From Bigelowiella natans CCMP2755 (taxonomy: Eukaryota > Protista > Cercozoa): a DNA stretch of 32,081 bases. The position numbers were made by a program, and so were the translations under genes. The stretch covers positions 1-32,081 of the forward strand of contig ADNK01003234.1 of assembly GCA_000320545.1 (NCBI GenBank). The letters are read 5' to 3'. The notes under the pieces were generated by a model. The model saw nothing but the letters and a program-made list of their open reading frames with translations, had not been told where the DNA came from and did not search any database. Position 1 is the first letter of the stretch. Every line of letters starts with the position of its first letter. Below are positions 13,124-25,072 of this stretch, one piece after another.

Positions 13124-14375
13124 CATATGTTTGTTAATAAAAGGTCTCGAGCTTATCAACGAACCCTACGCTGGCAACTTTTACACGGACCCTCTAGTAT
13201 GTGTGCGCTCTCTCCCTCTCCCATTCTCTCCCATTCTCTCCCCCCCCCCCCCCCCCCCCCTCCCTTTTTTTTTTTCTCTGGTTTGTGTGTGTAAAAGAGG
13301 GATGGTGTGCATTTTCCATCGGCAGTCCGAACGACGATGATGATGACGATGACGATGATGATGATGATGATGATGAAGAAGCGAGATTCGTGATGATGAA
13401 CTATCAACCAATGCTGCGTGCTTATCATCATCATAATATATTTAAATAATATTTATTTATAAACGTTATGTTCGTCAGATAATGGTGCCCATCGGAAAGA
13501 CATCTGCCGACGTGCGGAACCTAGGTAAAGGAAGAGCTAACGTTGGGAGGGGGGAGGGGAGCGGGAAGAGCAAGGAGCTGCTACTACCTTAAACTGATGC
13601 ACAGAACTATAGTGTGTGTGTGTGTGTAAGTGTGTGTGTGTGTGTGTGCGCGCGCGCGCGCGCGCGTATTCCTCTCCATCATGCCCTTCATTCCTTGCTT
13701 TCCCCCCCCCCATCAGCCTTCCCCTGTTTTCGTTCGAAATTGATGGTTGGGCTGCTCTCGCTGTGTGATGCGTTGTCTTAGGGCCCGCATACGACGCGCT
13801 CCTGGCCAAAATTCGTCGGGAGGATTCCGAGCGGCTCGTCATGTTTGCTGGCGTCACATGGGATGACCTCGGTGGCGCACAAACAAATATTGAATACATT
13901 TTAGAATACCATCTACATGTATATGTATGAGAGCATAATGCATGTGAATGGGTGTGTCTGTGTGTGCGTATGTGTAGCAAAGTGGATCCCCGCATTGCGG
14001 CGAGGGGGAGGGGGGGGGAATGGCGCACGTCGGTTACTTGAGAGACACCCAATAGCTTCAATGATTCTCACAATCGCCTCTCCCCCTTATCCCTCCACAT
14101 CGGTTGCAATAATGCCACTTCTATTACTACCACTACTGCTACGGCTACGGCTACTGCTCCCGCTATTGCTACTACCCCCCCCCCCCCCCTCTCCCCTTTT
14201 CTCTTATATACCGACCGGTGTTCGATAATAACAGGGTCTACGTTCACGCACGCCCCCCTCAACGACAAAAAGCGGACCATCCTCGCCTACCACTACTGTA
14301 CTGCTGTGAGCTCTGTGGAGTGTTTGCCACCTGTTGTTCGATATGATGCACATTCATACACACACAGACACACAG

Positions 14376-14430
<55 letters not shown>

Positions 14431-15264
14431 TTGTATATAATTTTTACCGTTGTTTGCAGACACCCCACCCCAGCTGAAGCCGGATAAGCCGATAAAGGCG
14501 AACTTGCAGTTTGCCGTGCAGATGAGGGAAGCTAGACGTCTGGGAACAGGTAGTAGTAGTAGTTGTTGTAGTAGTAATAGTGGTAGTAGTTGTAGTAGCT
14601 TTTTCATCATCCATGACCACCACCACCGTCATCATCGTCATCGTCGTCGTTGTCTCGAGTTTATTCTTCTTCTTCACCACCACCATAATATTCTTCTTCC
14701 TCGTCGTCCTCGTCTCTGTGATAGGGCTGATGCTCACAGAGACGTGCAATCCGGTCTGCGCCGGCGACTTCACGTAAGCGCTCACATTGATTCAGTCAGC
14801 ACAGTTAGCGCCTCAACGACCGGCAGCCACTTGCTCGCTCACTCACACCATCACTTGCACCGACAATTCAGACATGTCGCGGACGCTGCGGACGCGCACC
14901 GTCAAAGCTTTGCGAGTTGGGAATGGAAGACGTTCTGCCGAGAGAGCGATGAATCTAAGAAGGGCAAATCTCAATGGGCGGCCTATGGTTGCTTATCCTA
15001 GCAATTGCCTCTAAATATGTTATATATATATATATTTATTTATTTATTTATATAAATGTCACTACGCAATTACTGAAACCACAAGCAGCAAGCATTACTA
15101 TAGGGTGAATGGATCGATTCGTTATCAGCAAGGATCACGAAGACTGAAACGCACCCTGCACGAAAGCATATCGCCTCTTCCTCTGTCTCTTCTCATTCTT
15201 CTTCTTCCTCCTCCACCTCATTTCTCCATCGGCATCATGACGGTCGCCGTCATCTGAAGTCTTA

Positions 15265-15295
<31 letters not shown>

Positions 15296-15587
15296 TGTCT
15301 CTCTCTCTGTGTGTGTAGGGTCATGTAAGACTGGCTATGGTCCTACTTGGAACGCAACAACAGGCCTTCCCCGTATCGTGAAGCCGTATGCAAGAACGTA
15401 TCCGCAACGGGTTTGTCAAACGATTTGCGCTGTAGAGATCGTTCTGCTTTGAATATGCAAATTTTCCATCTTAAAAAAACATAAACACGCGCGCATAAAG
15501 AAGATAAAATTTTCATATTTCTATGTAGATATCTATATTGAATTATGATGTGAATAATTATATTATTATTTTTTTTTTAATTATATA

Positions 15588-15625
<38 letters not shown>

Positions 15626-16045
15626 CATGCGTGCGTGCGTGCGTACGTGTGTGTGTGTGTGTTTGCTTGTGATCAAATGCACATATCGTCGAGACGCACA
15701 AGGACCAGATCCTATCATGCATTTCATCTTCTCTCTTCCATATTATTATTGTAGGTGGCTGGCAACATCTCAGCGTACAACTTCGACACCGAGACAGGAC
15801 ATTTTAAAATGCAATTCTCCCTGGATAAGACTATCGCGACAACCTCCACGACCGAGATTTTCGTTTCCAAGGAATACTACTACCAGAAAGACCTTGTGGT
15901 GAAAGTGGCACCAGCTGGTGTGATGAATTATAAATATGTGGAAGAGAAAAGAGCTGTCGTTCTCACAGTAGCCGCGTCAAAGATGGCATTGTCATCTTCG
16001 GAGGAACCAATCGTTGTGACGGTTGATATCCAATCGGGCATTTGA
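10514..16045 (+). CDS. Glycoside hydrolase family 5, endoglycoceramidase-like, with signal peptide; about 18 exons
   Basis: Spliced motifs: MAPNALASCLLLGAVFCHA (signal), GRELIFHGVNAIVKGPPWHP, GLNLIRLGMMWPGVEP, GIYTLLDMHQDVLSEAFCGEGIPKWA, LGLELINEP (acid/base Glu), ILAYHYY, LMLTET (nucleophile Glu), WEWK and YARTYPQRVAG, followed by a C-terminal beta-sandwich. This motif order is typical of GH5 EGCase-like enzymes. Confidence 0.9.
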
Positions 16046-16279
16046 TCCATGGACGTACAACACGCTGACTAGCATATCGGATCTCTTTGCGATTCTGGAT
16101 GATGCATGCAGCTTGTACGCTCAAGCGTGGTGAAAGTAAAACTTCTCGTCAAACAAAGATGTTCACGTTCATTTGGACATGTCTAGATTTGCAAACAATG
16201 CAGCGCAGCAATGGAAATGAGGCTGCGGTGTGGAAAATGGAATTGCGTTCATGCAATGAGAAAGTTTGTCATGGTCCAA

Positions 16280-16322
16280 CTGGCATGGACTGGGTCATCT
16301 AGTCATCCCAGTCCATTGCCAG
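16280..16322. repeat. Inverted repeat / hairpin
   Basis: CTGGCATGGACTGGG (16280-16294), a 12-nt loop, then CCCAGTCCATTGCCAG (16307-16322): a 15-bp stem with one bulge. Confidence 0.75.
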
Positions 16323-17498
16323 ATTGCATCATTCTCATGTCTTGTGCATGCACACGTCTGAACGTGCTCTCTGTGCCATGGACTGTGCCATGCCTAGCCA
16401 CACACACGCTCTCTATATCTTCTTTGAGGTGCAAGCCTTGCCCAACCTAGTGTGTCCAAGTCTCAGCGCTTGGGCCGGCTTGCATGACCTAGTGACGACC
16501 AAATGAGCGTGCTAGCTAGCTAGCTAGACTCTCTCCGCTTGGGACGCAGCATGGCATAGAATGGCGGCATCATTGGCACGACACGTTGCACGTTGTGCAA
16601 CAGTTTGTCAGCGCTTGCATCACGCACAGCTAGCGTGTGAATGCAATGGAGCGTTGCTGGTGTTGCTAGGCAGGGGGATGGTGGCCTGGTGGCTTGATTC
16701 CTTCACCGCAGCGCACCAGCGTGATGGAAAGATCCTTGTTCTGACATTGTTGTTCGTGCAATCATGCCAGCACCAGAGCGTGCAAACTAGCAAAGGTCAT
16801 TGGAACTCAGCCTCTGCAAGAAAAAGAAAAAAAAGAGAAAAGTGGGAAACCAGGACAAACCATCTGCACGCTGGAACTGCGGGGAAAATTGTCAAATGAC
16901 AGTCCTCTGAGGAACTTGCAAGTTTGGCAACATGAAATACCTGTCGCAAACCACGCTGCTCCTGCCGCGCATTGTCGGTGTGAAAGAAAGAAAGAAAGAA
17001 AGAAACTTGATGATCGGCCGCATTTCCAAAGTGTGTGACGCTTGCAAAGTGCGAAACGCAGTGGGCTCGAGCTGAAACAATGAAATGCAACGTCTCGAGC
17101 TGAAGTTTCAACGAGGACCCCAGAATTGACGTGTTGGCTGCTGCGATGATGAGTCCCGACTGGCTTGACTGTGTGTGGGGGGGATGGCTCAGACCAAAAT
17201 CAATCGGAAAGGAAAGGGCAGGGGATTCGCCAGAGGGAGACAGCTCCTCGTGGCAAGACCACGGTGTTCCGCCGCTCCGAAAAGATTCCCAAGTTACCTC
17301 CCGCTACGACATAGCCGAATCCAAAAAAGGGACAAAAATCCTAGTTGATTCAGGGCGGTTTGCAGGGCGATTTGTGGGGTTTGGTGCTTAAATCCGCAGA
17401 ATACGCACTCAATTTCGCATCCCGTCCGTCTCCCTGCACCTCGGCGCGACCAGTAACCAAATTCTTCCGATCCCCCAGCCTCTCCGAAGCTTTCCCAG

Positions 17499-17736
17499 GT
17501 ATGTGCGTGCGCACTGGGAGCTAAAAAACACCCAGTTTCGCTTGTGAGGGACTTGCATTTTCCTACACGAGAAATTCTGAGGTGTGGAGACGAGAGTAAT
17601 GATGATCACCTTGCCAAGTCTCGCTGCCTGCGATTGGCGGAGGCAAGGAGCGGGGGCGGCGAAAACGTGGTGATGTATGCACACCTGGAGTAATACGAAT
17701 TTGCGATTTTGGCGTTCCTTCCCAATACTACTACAG
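17499..17736 (+). other. Probable 5'-UTR intron of the metaxin-like gene
   Basis: Strong donor CAG|GTATGT at 17499 and acceptor CTACAG| at 17736, 34 nt upstream of the ATG. Confidence 0.55.
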
Positions 17737-17770
17737 GCGGCCCGCTTCTGGGCCCTTTCCTCGTTGTGCA

Positions 17771-19151
17771 ATGGCCAAGATTGAAATCGTCGTCTCCAAG
17801 GCAGCGTATGGGGACAGGAAGTACCCGTTCCGATGCCCCCAGAGCATGAGTTTGGTATTTTACATCAAGATGCTAGAAAAACAGCACGGCGAAGAGGGGC
17901 ATCACACAACGATCACGAAGTCCATTTACCCTTATCATCCTGTCACCGGCCAGCTCCCAACGTGCAGAGACGCTGCCACGCATGGTAAGACAGTTGGCAC
18001 TGAGGGCACACAGCCGATAAGTCTCGCACGAATGCGGACTGTATGTGAATAGTTCTAGTCGAAGGGTCACCTGTGGTTAATGATCATATTAGCGACTGCT
18101 GCTGTTGACCTGCGTCATTGCCTTTTGTTTGATTCTCCACCAGAATGGATACCGGCGTGTGACGTGATGAGCCATCTGTGTGGACGACGACCTGGCGATG
18201 AACAGCAAGGGGGTCTCGATGCTGCTTTCTCTGAGAACGAGCAAGGCGAGATCGAGGCGTTTCGGGAGTTTATCGTAGCGAAGTTGCTGCCCGTCTTCTA
18301 CTACTGCCAGTGGGGGGACAGGACGAACCATCTAAGAACGGAGTATGTTGCTCAAATATCAACAGAAATAGCATCGGCAGCAGCAGCAGCAGCAGCAGCA
18401 GAAGAAGAAGAAGAAGAAGAAGAAGAAGAAGAAGAAGCCGTATTTTTTTGGTATATTGACGAGGTTTATATCTTCCTGATCTCTTCCCTGTTTCCCCTTC
18501 CTACTCAGACGGATCTGGGCATCGTCGGCGCCGCTCTTCCTGCGGTTGACGGGGTACCTCTCTTGGAAGGAGCGCGCGCGTGTTATGGCGGCCCTTTCTG
18601 ATGCGAACTGTACGACGAAGAAAGGAGCTTTGAAGCGTGCCAAGACCTGCCTGAGTACATTGCTCAAGCGGTTTCAGAAGACGGCTTTAGGCAACACAGT
18701 CGCGCCAAATGAGGAGAAGGAAGAAAAGGGAAAGAAAGGAGATCATCAAAGTTCGTCGCCTTTCCTCTTCGGTAAGGTATCAAGTGCTGACGCAGTGCTG
18801 GCTGGGCTCCTTTACGCTGTGTTTGAGTCCGACATCTCTCGGAACGAGCTGCAGAGCCTCTTGCGAGCTGATTTTCCCGTATTCGAGAGCTACTATCGAG
18901 CAATGACAACGACGTTCTTGGACCCGAAACATGACTTTCCTGACTTTGCAGCGCAGGATGCCGCCGCTGCATCCAGGAAAGGAGGATTGAACATCAAACT
19001 TAAGGGAGCGGAGGAATGGGTTAGACGCAAAACTGGTCTCGGCATACATGTGCCTGTTCCGTCCTTCGAGACCGCACAGATGGCTTCGTTCACCGTTCTT
19101 ACAGCGGCTTGCGTGCATGTATTGATACGAAATTTAGTGTCGCGTAGATGA
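17771..19151 (+). CDS. Metaxin-like (GST-fold, Sam35/Sam37-related) protein; 3 coding exons
   Basis: Exons 17771-17984, 18144-18342 and 18509-19151. Segments CPQSMSLVFYIKM, PVTGQLP, LLPVFYYCQWGDRTN, AKTCLSTLLKRF and PFLFGKVSSADAVLAGLL, plus a hydrophobic C-terminal segment, resemble metaxin/FAX proteins. Confidence 0.75.
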
Positions 19152-19512
19152 CCCGCCCCGTTATTACTACCCAGTGTATTGATGAAACTTAACTTCGCTA
19201 TCATCATTAACAGATTTGCAGAATGAGAGAATGCGTGCACTACTGGCCAGCAGTGGACTTAATGTACATGTGGTATGCAATATAAAAAACATTAAAACAG
19301 CTGCTGCTAATCCAGGCTATGCGTCCCGGTGTTATAAATATTGCATAAGCACACCCAATGTATAAATCGCTTACACGCAGCAAAGCGCGGCCAATGGCAG
19401 TACTTTCGCGCACACATAGGGCAAGCGCTTGCAAAGGGCAGGTTTGCAGCGGGCATAATACGTGACGCTACACTAGGTATATCTATAATAGCTCAAGCCT
19501 ATATACTTGTCT

Positions 19513-19553
<41 letters not shown>

Positions 19554-20005
19554 GCAATGCAAGCTTCACGTCTCTACCAGAAAAGATAGCGGATTTTTTT
19601 GTTAAAGACTCACACAGCCTCTACCTGCGTGATATATACTATATCGTATCTTATAAAGCAAAAAGAGAGCCCTGCAAGTATTTCTCATCCACATAGATGT
19701 CCGTCGGCGGAAGGTGTAGATGTACTATACGGTGCTTGCATGACGTTGTTCGCACGTAACGCCTTTGTTGTATAGCGCCGTCGTTGGTCATCATATGTAC
19801 GTAAGCGCACATATACATTATCTCTTTTATTGGTGGCTGCAGGGCCGCTGCACATGCATTCGAATCTGACATTCCATACATCGCTTCAATTCGTTGCTGA
19901 TCGCACGATCAGCGATTTAGGCAACGCACTAGAGATACGATGAGAGCACAGTTTCTATTGCATGAAAGACGTCACAACAGACACGAATGTGTGCAATCTA
20001 AGCGC

Positions 20006-20081
20006 TGTAGCCGCTGCTTTGCATAGCTACATTAGGATGACCATTGATCAGATTTAAATTAATCATTTCATCCGTCTCATA
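20006..20081. repeat. Dispersed twin-hairpin repeat, copy B (overlaps the HAD-like gene stop codon)
   Basis: TGTAGCCGCTGCTTTGCATAGCTACATTAGGATGACCATTGATCAGATTTAAATTAATCATTTCATCCGTCTCATA. Confidence 0.9.
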
Positions 20082-21535
20082 GTTTCTATATTCTCCGAAT
20101 CATCATCAAACGTCTCTACTGAGGACAAAGCTTGCACAGCAGGAAGTTTCCTCCAAGGAACGTATTTCGTAGGCGACATAGGAGTATTCCTGATCGCCCT
20201 GAAGACCTTCACAGCTGTTTTGCATCGTACCAATGTGTTACGCATCAGCGTGCGTGTCCTTCTAGTGCGACGTGCGCTCTCCTCGCACAACTTGAGTTTT
20301 TCCCAAAAGTAATCTTTGTTGGTGATGCTTTCCAGAGGCTCCGCTCGAACCAGGAATTTATTAATCGCCCTCGCAACGCTGATGGGCACGCTTAGATCGC
20401 GAAAGTCGCGAATATCGACGATTTTAGTCTCTGAATAGCGGATGTTGTCGTCGAAGAATACCTCATGACGTCGGGTAGGATTGATAGAGTCAAGGATGAA
20501 CAGCTTGCCTGCTTCCCCGACCTGTTTATACTCTCTCCAATGTATGAAACAATCGCGCAGCGCAAGAGTGCAAGGTTTCGATGTTCTTTCCTTCAAGTAC
20601 TCATAAATCCTACTTCTCCCCGATATAATATGGGAAGGTCGATCTTTTCGAATTTCACAGAAATCACGAGGTTCCTCAGAGACGCTTTTCCGTTGTTCCA
20701 GGGTGCCAATATAAAGGGCTACCTTCTCGCCTGAGCGATCGATACTCCCAAACGCAGGTCTGGGATGTAGAGTGTCTTCGCCATCCTTTTGAAAGTCCTT
20801 GGTGTCATCAGGCGTTGGATCTTTTGTGGACATGGCCTTGGGGTTGTTTTCCAGGTGAATTCGCATGTCTGGTTGCTGATCTGAACCGTCCAATTTAAAG
20901 CCTCTGTGCAGTGGGTGCACCCCGCAACAAAAAGCGTTGAACTCTTTCGCCACCTCTTCCAGGTCCTTCCCGAACGTGCGGAAGACCAACGAGAACGACC
21001 GTTTTGATTCCTTCAGCTTGCGAATGAAATTAAGAAAGCTCGGTAAGATAAAGTGTTCAGAGCCCATGAGGCCCGCATCTTTTGCCTCCTTGCTACCGAC
21101 AACACCTTCCGGTAGCTTTAATTTTTTCGTAAATTCCCCTAAGAATGTGTAAAATCTCTCTCCAGGTTGGCCCTTCTCTGCAAATTTCTTCAGGAGATCG
21201 TCTCGAGCCTTCTTCACAGATTTTCTGGTCTGTGAGACACCAAATGGGATTTTTGCCTCCACAAATTCCGTGTAGGAACGAAGGTGCGGGGAGGGTCTTT
21301 GCACAGAAGGCGATGTTGACTCGATATGCCAAGAGCTTTTGCTGCTCAAGCGATTCTTCTCAGAGGAATCTTCACTTCCACTGCTTACCACGCGGCCCCA
21401 GGTCGCATTGGCCAGCACGATGTTTAGTAACTGCCGGCACGATTTTCCGGCGGCCTTGTCGACCATGATAACTGTTTTATTGATATCCAAATGAAGGACC
21501 AAGTGAGGGGGTCGCCCCCCAATACGAGTACCCAT
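20063..21535 (-). CDS. Intronless 490-aa HAD-superfamily-like conserved hypothetical protein
   Basis: Uninterrupted ORF with HAD-like motifs LVLHLDINKT (motif I variant), LVFRTFG (II) and VFFDDNI (IV), and a basic C-terminal tail. Confidence 0.8.
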   Translation of the reverse strand: MGTRIGGRPPHLVLHLDINKTVIMVDKAAGKSCRQLLNIVLANATWGRVVSSGSEDSSEKNRLSSKSSWHIESTSPSVQRPSPHLRSYTEFVEAKIPFGVSQTRKSVKKARDDLLKKFAEKGQPGERFYTFLGEFTKKLKLPEGVVGSKEAKDAGLMGSEHFILPSFLNFIRKLKESKRSFSLVFRTFGKDLEEVAKEFNAFCCGVHPLHRGFKLDGSDQQPDMRIHLENNPKAMSTKDPTPDDTKDFQKDGEDTLHPRPAFGSIDRSGEKVALYIGTLEQRKSVSEEPRDFCEIRKDRPSHIISGRSRIYEYLKERTSKPCTLALRDCFIHWREYKQVGEAGKLFILDSINPTRRHEVFFDDNIRYSETKIVDIRDFRDLSVPISVARAINKFLVRAEPLESITNKDYFWEKLKLCEESARRTRRTRTLMRNTLVRCKTAVKVFRAIRNTPMSPTKYVPWRKLPAVQALSSVETFDDDSENIETMRRMK

Positions 21536-21754
21536 ATGGACTAGACGAACTTTCGGCTCAAAATCTACAGGGAAAAAGCCATGCGATTTTCAACACGCGT
21601 CAACCATTTCGATCCTTTCGGGACGAAAAATCGCATTGTACACGGACGACTGTTACGAACCAAGGTGATTTTCTCAATACGACAATGATAATTAGATGTA
21701 TTTAGCAGGAAATATAGCCCACTCTACCGGTAATCGATCGTTACGCGTTCGAGC
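21536..21754. promoter_or_regulatory. Bidirectional promoter region (HAD-like / PhyH)
   Basis: Only 219 bp between divergent ATGs. Confidence 0.65.
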
Positions 21755-23085
21755 ATGGCGAGCAATGATGCTCTTGCTCGAGCGAGGAGTAAACTAAAGG
21801 TCCCATTGACATTTTGGAGCTCCTTTCCTCCCTCCCTGCCGGATGATTAAATTCTAAATTTTACCCCCCTCATACTATACTGTCCACGGAGCAGGCGAAC
21901 AAGCTTACGCAGGTGACGAAGGAGGATGGGACGACGTTTCAGGTCGGCATCTCTGGCAATTGTGGGATGAAAGATCGCTGCGTTTTCACGTTGTTGTTTC
22001 TATTGGTATCACCAGATCAACATTTATGATGCTGCAGCTCCGCCGAAAAATAAGATGAAAAAGGCACCACCCGCTTACCTCGAAGCGCGGCAACCACCAA
22101 AGTAATGAGATACCATCCTGAATTTTGGCGTGTGTGGAAAGCTAGAGTAATAATCTATATCCCATTGTCAACGCAGGTATGTCGAAGTTCCCCGGTTTAA
22201 CTTCTCCGACGAAAAGGAACGGACCGCGGGGCTTGCGTACCTCGAGGAAAATGGTTGTTCGCCTGTGCCTCTGATGTCAACAAAATACAGATTATCAGTA
22301 GACAATAACACCGTCGCCCTCTTTTGGCAAGATCCCAACATCAAGACCAGTTTCTCTCTCTAGCTCATCGCTGTCGCCATTTCATAATATAGGCTATGTA
22401 GTAGCGAAGGGGGTCCTCAATGATAAGGAGGTTGAGAAAGCCAAATCCCTGTTTTGGGACTTTATCGAAGGTCGGTCTTCCTTTTGGTGCCTTTCGAGCG
22501 GATCTTTCCCCCAACCACCCACGCACTACGATAGCATTCATAGATTTTCTTCAGATCTTTCCCCCTTCTACTCTTTCTCCGATTATTCTTAAAGTGAACA
22601 TTTGAGTAAGGAATAGTATACAAGGATGATTGGGTATGGCCTTGCTGAGCCGATTGTCGTTGTTTTGTGAAAAGGTATTCCGAATCGCTATGAATTGAGC
22701 GAAAAGACTAAGGCTGAGTGGCCGCACAGAGGTGCCATGTGACACTTACATTGCCAGCAAAGACTTACTTTCATGATAAGTGCCACTAAAGAAGGACCTA
22801 AGCGACAGAAAGCTTACATGCTATCACATCCCACCTCTCCCTCTCTTTTCCTTGGCCTTCACCCTGATATAGGCAAGGCATCGACATGGAGTAAGAAATT
22901 TCCTGGTAATCAAGGCAATGGAATAATAAATAAACAAGGTGCCGGACAAGCTCCGTTCGCATGGTTCTGTAGGTACCGCTATGGAAGTGATTATGGTGAT
23001 GGTGATGATGATGTCCACGGTGCAGTAATTGTAGGTGTGTGTTAATAGCAGCGCTTGGGGAATCTGATGGATTGTTGTTCCTTGT

Positions 23086-23130
<45 letters not shown>

Positions 23131-23955
23131 GCTCCCTTTTTACGAAGCTGTATATATGTAAAATATATATATAAATATATATTGTGAAATAATAATAATA
23201 GATATTAACATGCAAAACTTTCAAACTGCATGCATTTTGTGTCGTCACATTCATTTGTGTTTCTCACCTGGAATATCCTCTCTCTCTCCAGATCTCGTGA
23301 CAAAGTCGCCGAGGTTTTCAGCGCCGTATGGGAAACGAGCGATCTTATCGTAAGACCTCACACAATCAGCAAGTGGCGATGATGACAACGATGACGACGA
23401 CGATGATGGCGACGATGCTGACTATTGCTGATGCAACTTCACGCATGCTTGCATTCATATGTCTAATCTATCTACCCTAGGTTTCCTTTGATGGCTTCAA
23501 TGCATTTCGGCCGTGGAAAATAAATCCCTCGTGGAGAACTAAGGGTGCAAGGACTTTTTCCCCCGAGAAGGGGGAGGGGGGAGGCGAGTGTGGGCGGAGA
23601 GCATTGAGAAACTACTGGAAGATTTATGAAAGAGTCCATGCACTCAAGGGTTGTTGTGCCCCACCTCCCTTCCCCCCCCCCAACATTTCTAGGCGGGTGG
23701 TACCATGTAGATCAAAACTCCATTCACAAACCTGGGAAGACTTGCGTGCAGGTGAGAAGCTATCTATTGTAGAGAAGAAGAAGAAGAAAGAAGAAGAAGA
23801 AGAATGTGAGCGTGATAGAAGGGGGGGGGGGGGGGGGAGGGTAGGGCTGAGAATAGACTAACTGGCACGTTGTCGGTGTATATGCTGCTTTCCGATGGAA
23901 TGGGAGTCAATCACTGAACGAAGTCTAGATGACGTCGTTGTTCATGCTGTTTTGA

Positions 23956-23989
<34 letters not shown>

Positions 23990-25039
23990 ATTGCTGCTAC
24001 AACCATAAATCATCAGGGCCTTCTTTCAATGTACGATGTCAATAAGACAACTGGGGGGCTCACGGTATGTAGGTTTTTTGAATGTATATGCATTTCATAG
24101 AGGAGGAGCAGTCCGTCTCCTCCCCCTCCTTCTCCCCCTCCTCCTCCTCCTCACTATGATTGTTCTTGTACTTGCTGTGGCACTGTAACGACAACAATGA
24201 TAACAATAATAATAATTAGAAGTGTCATGACATCGGGATGTGAGCAGGTTATCCCGGGATCACACAAGGAGTTCTTAGAGTGCGGAAAGCGGATTGAAAA
24301 CATTACAAATATGGGGGTTAGAACTGCTAACCTTCCCATCCTCTCCCCCCCCCCCACCTAGCCACCGTTCTTATCGTTTGCATTCCTGCGCCGAATAGGA
24401 TTTTGTCCCGATACCAAGATCGGATCCCATCTTAGAGAAGGACGCGATTATCGTGACATGCGAGGTGGAAACGTGACCACTTCCATGTTGCCTCCTGACT
24501 GGAGAAATTCATACCGTTTCTTCGCCTGAATATGCTCCTTTACGTCATTGGTAGGCCGGCGATCTATGTCTTTGGGACTCACGCACAATCCATTGCAATA
24601 CGCCCGCTCCTATGGTGCTGAACGAGAAGGAGAAAAAGAATGAGAAGAAGAAGAAGAAGAAGAAGGGGGAGGACAGCGGTGAGAGTGGCGGCAAAGCTGC
24701 TTCTTCTGCCGAAGAAAAGGGGATCATGGAAGAGAAAGGTGAGGAGTGTGATGATAGCAGCCAAAAGGAAGAGAAAGGTGGAGGGGACTTCGATGAGCTC
24801 TTGCGAATGGTTGGTATTATTAGCATATGCACACGTGAATTTTCACACACTCACACACACACACGCACGCACTTGAGGGAGGAAGGAGGGTGAGTGAGAG
24901 AGGGAGAGACGGGGCGGGGAGATACAAATTGGGCAGGGAAAAAGAAAACGAAGTATGGTGTCGTATATTTCACAGGTTTGCTACATCTGTATGACTCCTG
25001 CATCCAAAGCCTCGACACAGGTGTTTATATATATAATAT

Positions 25040-25072
<33 letters not shown>

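Noticed and set aside
17146-17170. TGATGAGTCC hammerhead-like core
   Set aside because: No leading C, no GGACGAAA partner and no flanking stems.
16561-17391. ORFs of 60-112 aa in the TpA-poor block
   Set aside because: No recognisable motifs. Loss of TAA/TAG stops and Tyr codons through TpA depletion artificially lengthens ORFs (they are rich in His/Cys and nearly Tyr-free).
17598-17690. Box C/D snoRNA in the metaxin 5'-UTR intron (ATGATGA plus a CCTTGCC/GGCAAGG stem)
   Set aside because: There is no downstream D box (CTGA) within the intron, and a 7-bp stem alone is insufficient.
20006-20081. Twin-hairpin element as a twister or hammerhead ribozyme, SECIS or snoRNA
   Set aside because: The minus strand UAAUGUAGC...GCGGCUACAA superficially resembles twister but lacks the AAGC-CCG/P4 closure. 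There is no CUGAUGA plus GAAA hammerhead core, no GA quartet partner or in-frame UGA gene for a SECIS, and no consistent C/D or H/ACA boxes.
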